The notes below the pieces were generated by a model that ran no database searches, was not told the origin of the DNA, and was given only the letters and a program-made list of their open reading frames with translations. Shown here piece after piece: positions 62,476 to 64,000 of a stretch of 64,000 nt of DNA. Made by a program: the position numbers and the translations under genes. The stretch is from Wickerhamiella versatilis. Lineage: Eukaryota. The stretch's first letter is position 1, and each line of letters starts with the position of its first letter. The stretch covers positions 2,852,001 through 2,916,000 of the forward strand of contig JAQOWU010000008.1 in the NCBI GenBank assembly GCA_030867685.1, in the 5' to 3' direction.

Positions 62476-63552
62476 ATGTCAAGTCGTAAAGAATTCAAGC
62501 ACCCAGTGCTTGAACTTTTCGGCATCAAACGCTTGCGCGTGCCCCATCGTAACTGGCTAATATTTTGGGGAGTTGTAGGAGGACTTGTTGGTGCCTACCA
62601 GTATGATCAAAGCGAAAAACGGAGAGTGAAGGATTTTTGGAAAGAGCGGGTCTCGGCCCTAGCCGCCCAACCAATAAGTGGAGATGAACTGCCTCGAAAA
62701 GTGAAAGTGTATATAGCTCCACCTCCCCAGGACTTCCTTGATGTTTCTCAGAGACATTTCCGGAGCTATATCAAGCCAATTTTAACTGCGGCAGCAGTGG
62801 ACCATGAGATCATCGATGAAAAGCAACAGGGCCACATCCGCACAGTGGTTGCCCAAGAAATAAGAGAAAAGCGACGTGGAAAGCAGACAGAGATGGATGA
62901 TCTTGACGCCAGGATTATGCAAGGAATACACAGAGATAACCGTGGAGGAGCATTGATTGTTGGGAGAGGCGCATATAAAGAGTGGATGTCTGGACTCCAG
63001 GAAGGCTGGGAAGGTCCTTTGGAAGAACCGGAGTCTGTAAAAGAACTTAAGTCGAAAATTCAGAAGACGCGGGAGGAAAAGGTTGAGAAAGAAAAGACTG
63101 AAGCTGCGGAAAAAGGACGGGAATATGAACCAGATGATGATGATAAGTGGGAGGAAGAAAATCGTAAGAAGTATCCAGTCGAACCGGCATGGCTGAGAGC
63201 AGCTGATTATGAAGAATGTGTCGTACCAGAAAATATGTCTGCATCGCCTTTCGCGGTATTCCGAAATCCCCGCCTAATTGGAATCCATAATATCCCGTGG
63301 CGTATATATCGCTTTTTCAACCAGCGTTATCTGGCTGATGAAATGGCTCGTACCGCAGCTGCCGTAGTCTTGGATATGCGTCGTCCTTTCCGTCCTGAAG
63401 ATGTAAATCTAGCGCTTTCAGATGAAGATGACTGGCCTCATCGCTTCAAGCAGCAGGGCGCCGATAAGGATTCTGAGTGGATGCGGGATTTTGCCGTTGA
63501 TCCCCGTATTGGTGAAAAATTGGAAGTTTATGAGTACATAGAGAAGAAATAG
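62476..63552 (+). CDS. TIM54: TIM22 complex subunit Tim54
   Basis: PHRNWLIFW, YIAPPP, YIKPILTAAAVD, GRGAYKEWMSGLQEGW, PWRIYRFF. Confidence 0.9.
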   Translation: MSSRKEFKHPVLELFGIKRLRVPHRNWLIFWGVVGGLVGAYQYDQSEKRRVKDFWKERVSALAAQPISGDELPRKVKVYIAPPPQDFLDVSQRHFRSYIKPILTAAAVDHEIIDEKQQGHIRTVVAQEIREKRRGKQTEMDDLDARIMQGIHRDNRGGALIVGRGAYKEWMSGLQEGWEGPLEEPESVKELKSKIQKTREEKVEKEKTEAAEKGREYEPDDDDKWEEENRKKYPVEPAWLRAADYEECVVPENMSASPFAVFRNPRLIGIHNIPWRIYRFFNQRYLADEMARTAAAVVLDMRRPFRPEDVNLALSDEDDWPHRFKQQGADKDSEWMRDFAVDPRIGEKLEVYEYIEKK

Positions 63553-63726
63553 AATCTAGCAAATTGCGCTAATTAGAGAGATTGGATAGTTGTATAACCG
63601 CATAAAATTTCTCGTTATCCCCTCCAAAAAAACCATAATAGTATATAAAAAATTATCTGATGCCCTTCGTGTAACACGTGGCTTGTTTCTTCCACACACA
63701 GGACTACATTAACTACTCATTGGTAG

Positions 63727-64000
63727 CTATTCACGACGTTTTTTGTTTTTATTGAATATCTTATCGATGGCAAGGTCAAGATCCTCCGCAGTCCTCTTCC
63801 GTCGCGAACCGTGACTTGTCTGCGACGACCTGCGCCGATGCTTCCACCCTAAGTCACGTTTTGAAATCTTTGGGGTCTTTTCTACCCGCTCACCCTGCTC
63901 TTCCTTACCGTTATGCTCATTCTCAGGCTGCGGCGCTGACGACGTACGATTAGACGGCTTCTGCAAGAGCCTAGAATAAATGAGCATGTATGATGAGGGC
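63727..64000 (-). CDS. UBP10: 3' end of a ubiquitin-specific protease, probably Ubp10 (partial; continues beyond the window)
   Basis: Frame is open to the window edge; SSYMLIYSR matches the end of a USP domain, followed by a basic tail; UBP10 neighbours MRPL19/NPR1 in S. cerevisiae. Confidence 0.6.
   Translation of the reverse strand, partial: PSSYMLIYSRLLQKPSNRTSSAPQPENEHNGKEEQGERVEKTPKISKRDLGWKHRRRSSQTSHGSRRKRTAEDLDLAIDKIFNKNKKRRE

Overview
Eukaryotic DNA from a very compact, intron-poor budding-yeast (Saccharomycotina) chromosome. The xanthine dehydrogenase, TTAGGG-like promoter boxes and tiny intergenic gaps suggest an early-diverging lineage such as Wickerhamiella/Starmerella; this placement is inference. 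It holds about 45 mostly housekeeping genes (e.g. DUR3, XDH, CDC42-like, GCD6, LSG1, SAH1, KEX1, AXL2, STE2, MGM1, MTR4, SHM1, TIM54). Features missing from the ORF track: (1) two tandem TPP-riboswitch aptamers at 1-182 with no downstream sense CDS, the most unusual element; (2) an RNase P RNA gene (minus, ~18277-18553) whose upstream flank repeats its P2 strand and sits beside a three-way-junction fold; (3) tRNA-Gly(TCC); (4) a spliced OST5 gene; (5) a 49-aa Emr1/Mco6 microprotein; (6) clustered cis-elements (MCB x4, TCACGTGA, GACTCGGG x3). No CRISPR, rRNA or recognisable transposon. All gene calls come from motif recognition by eye, not database searches.
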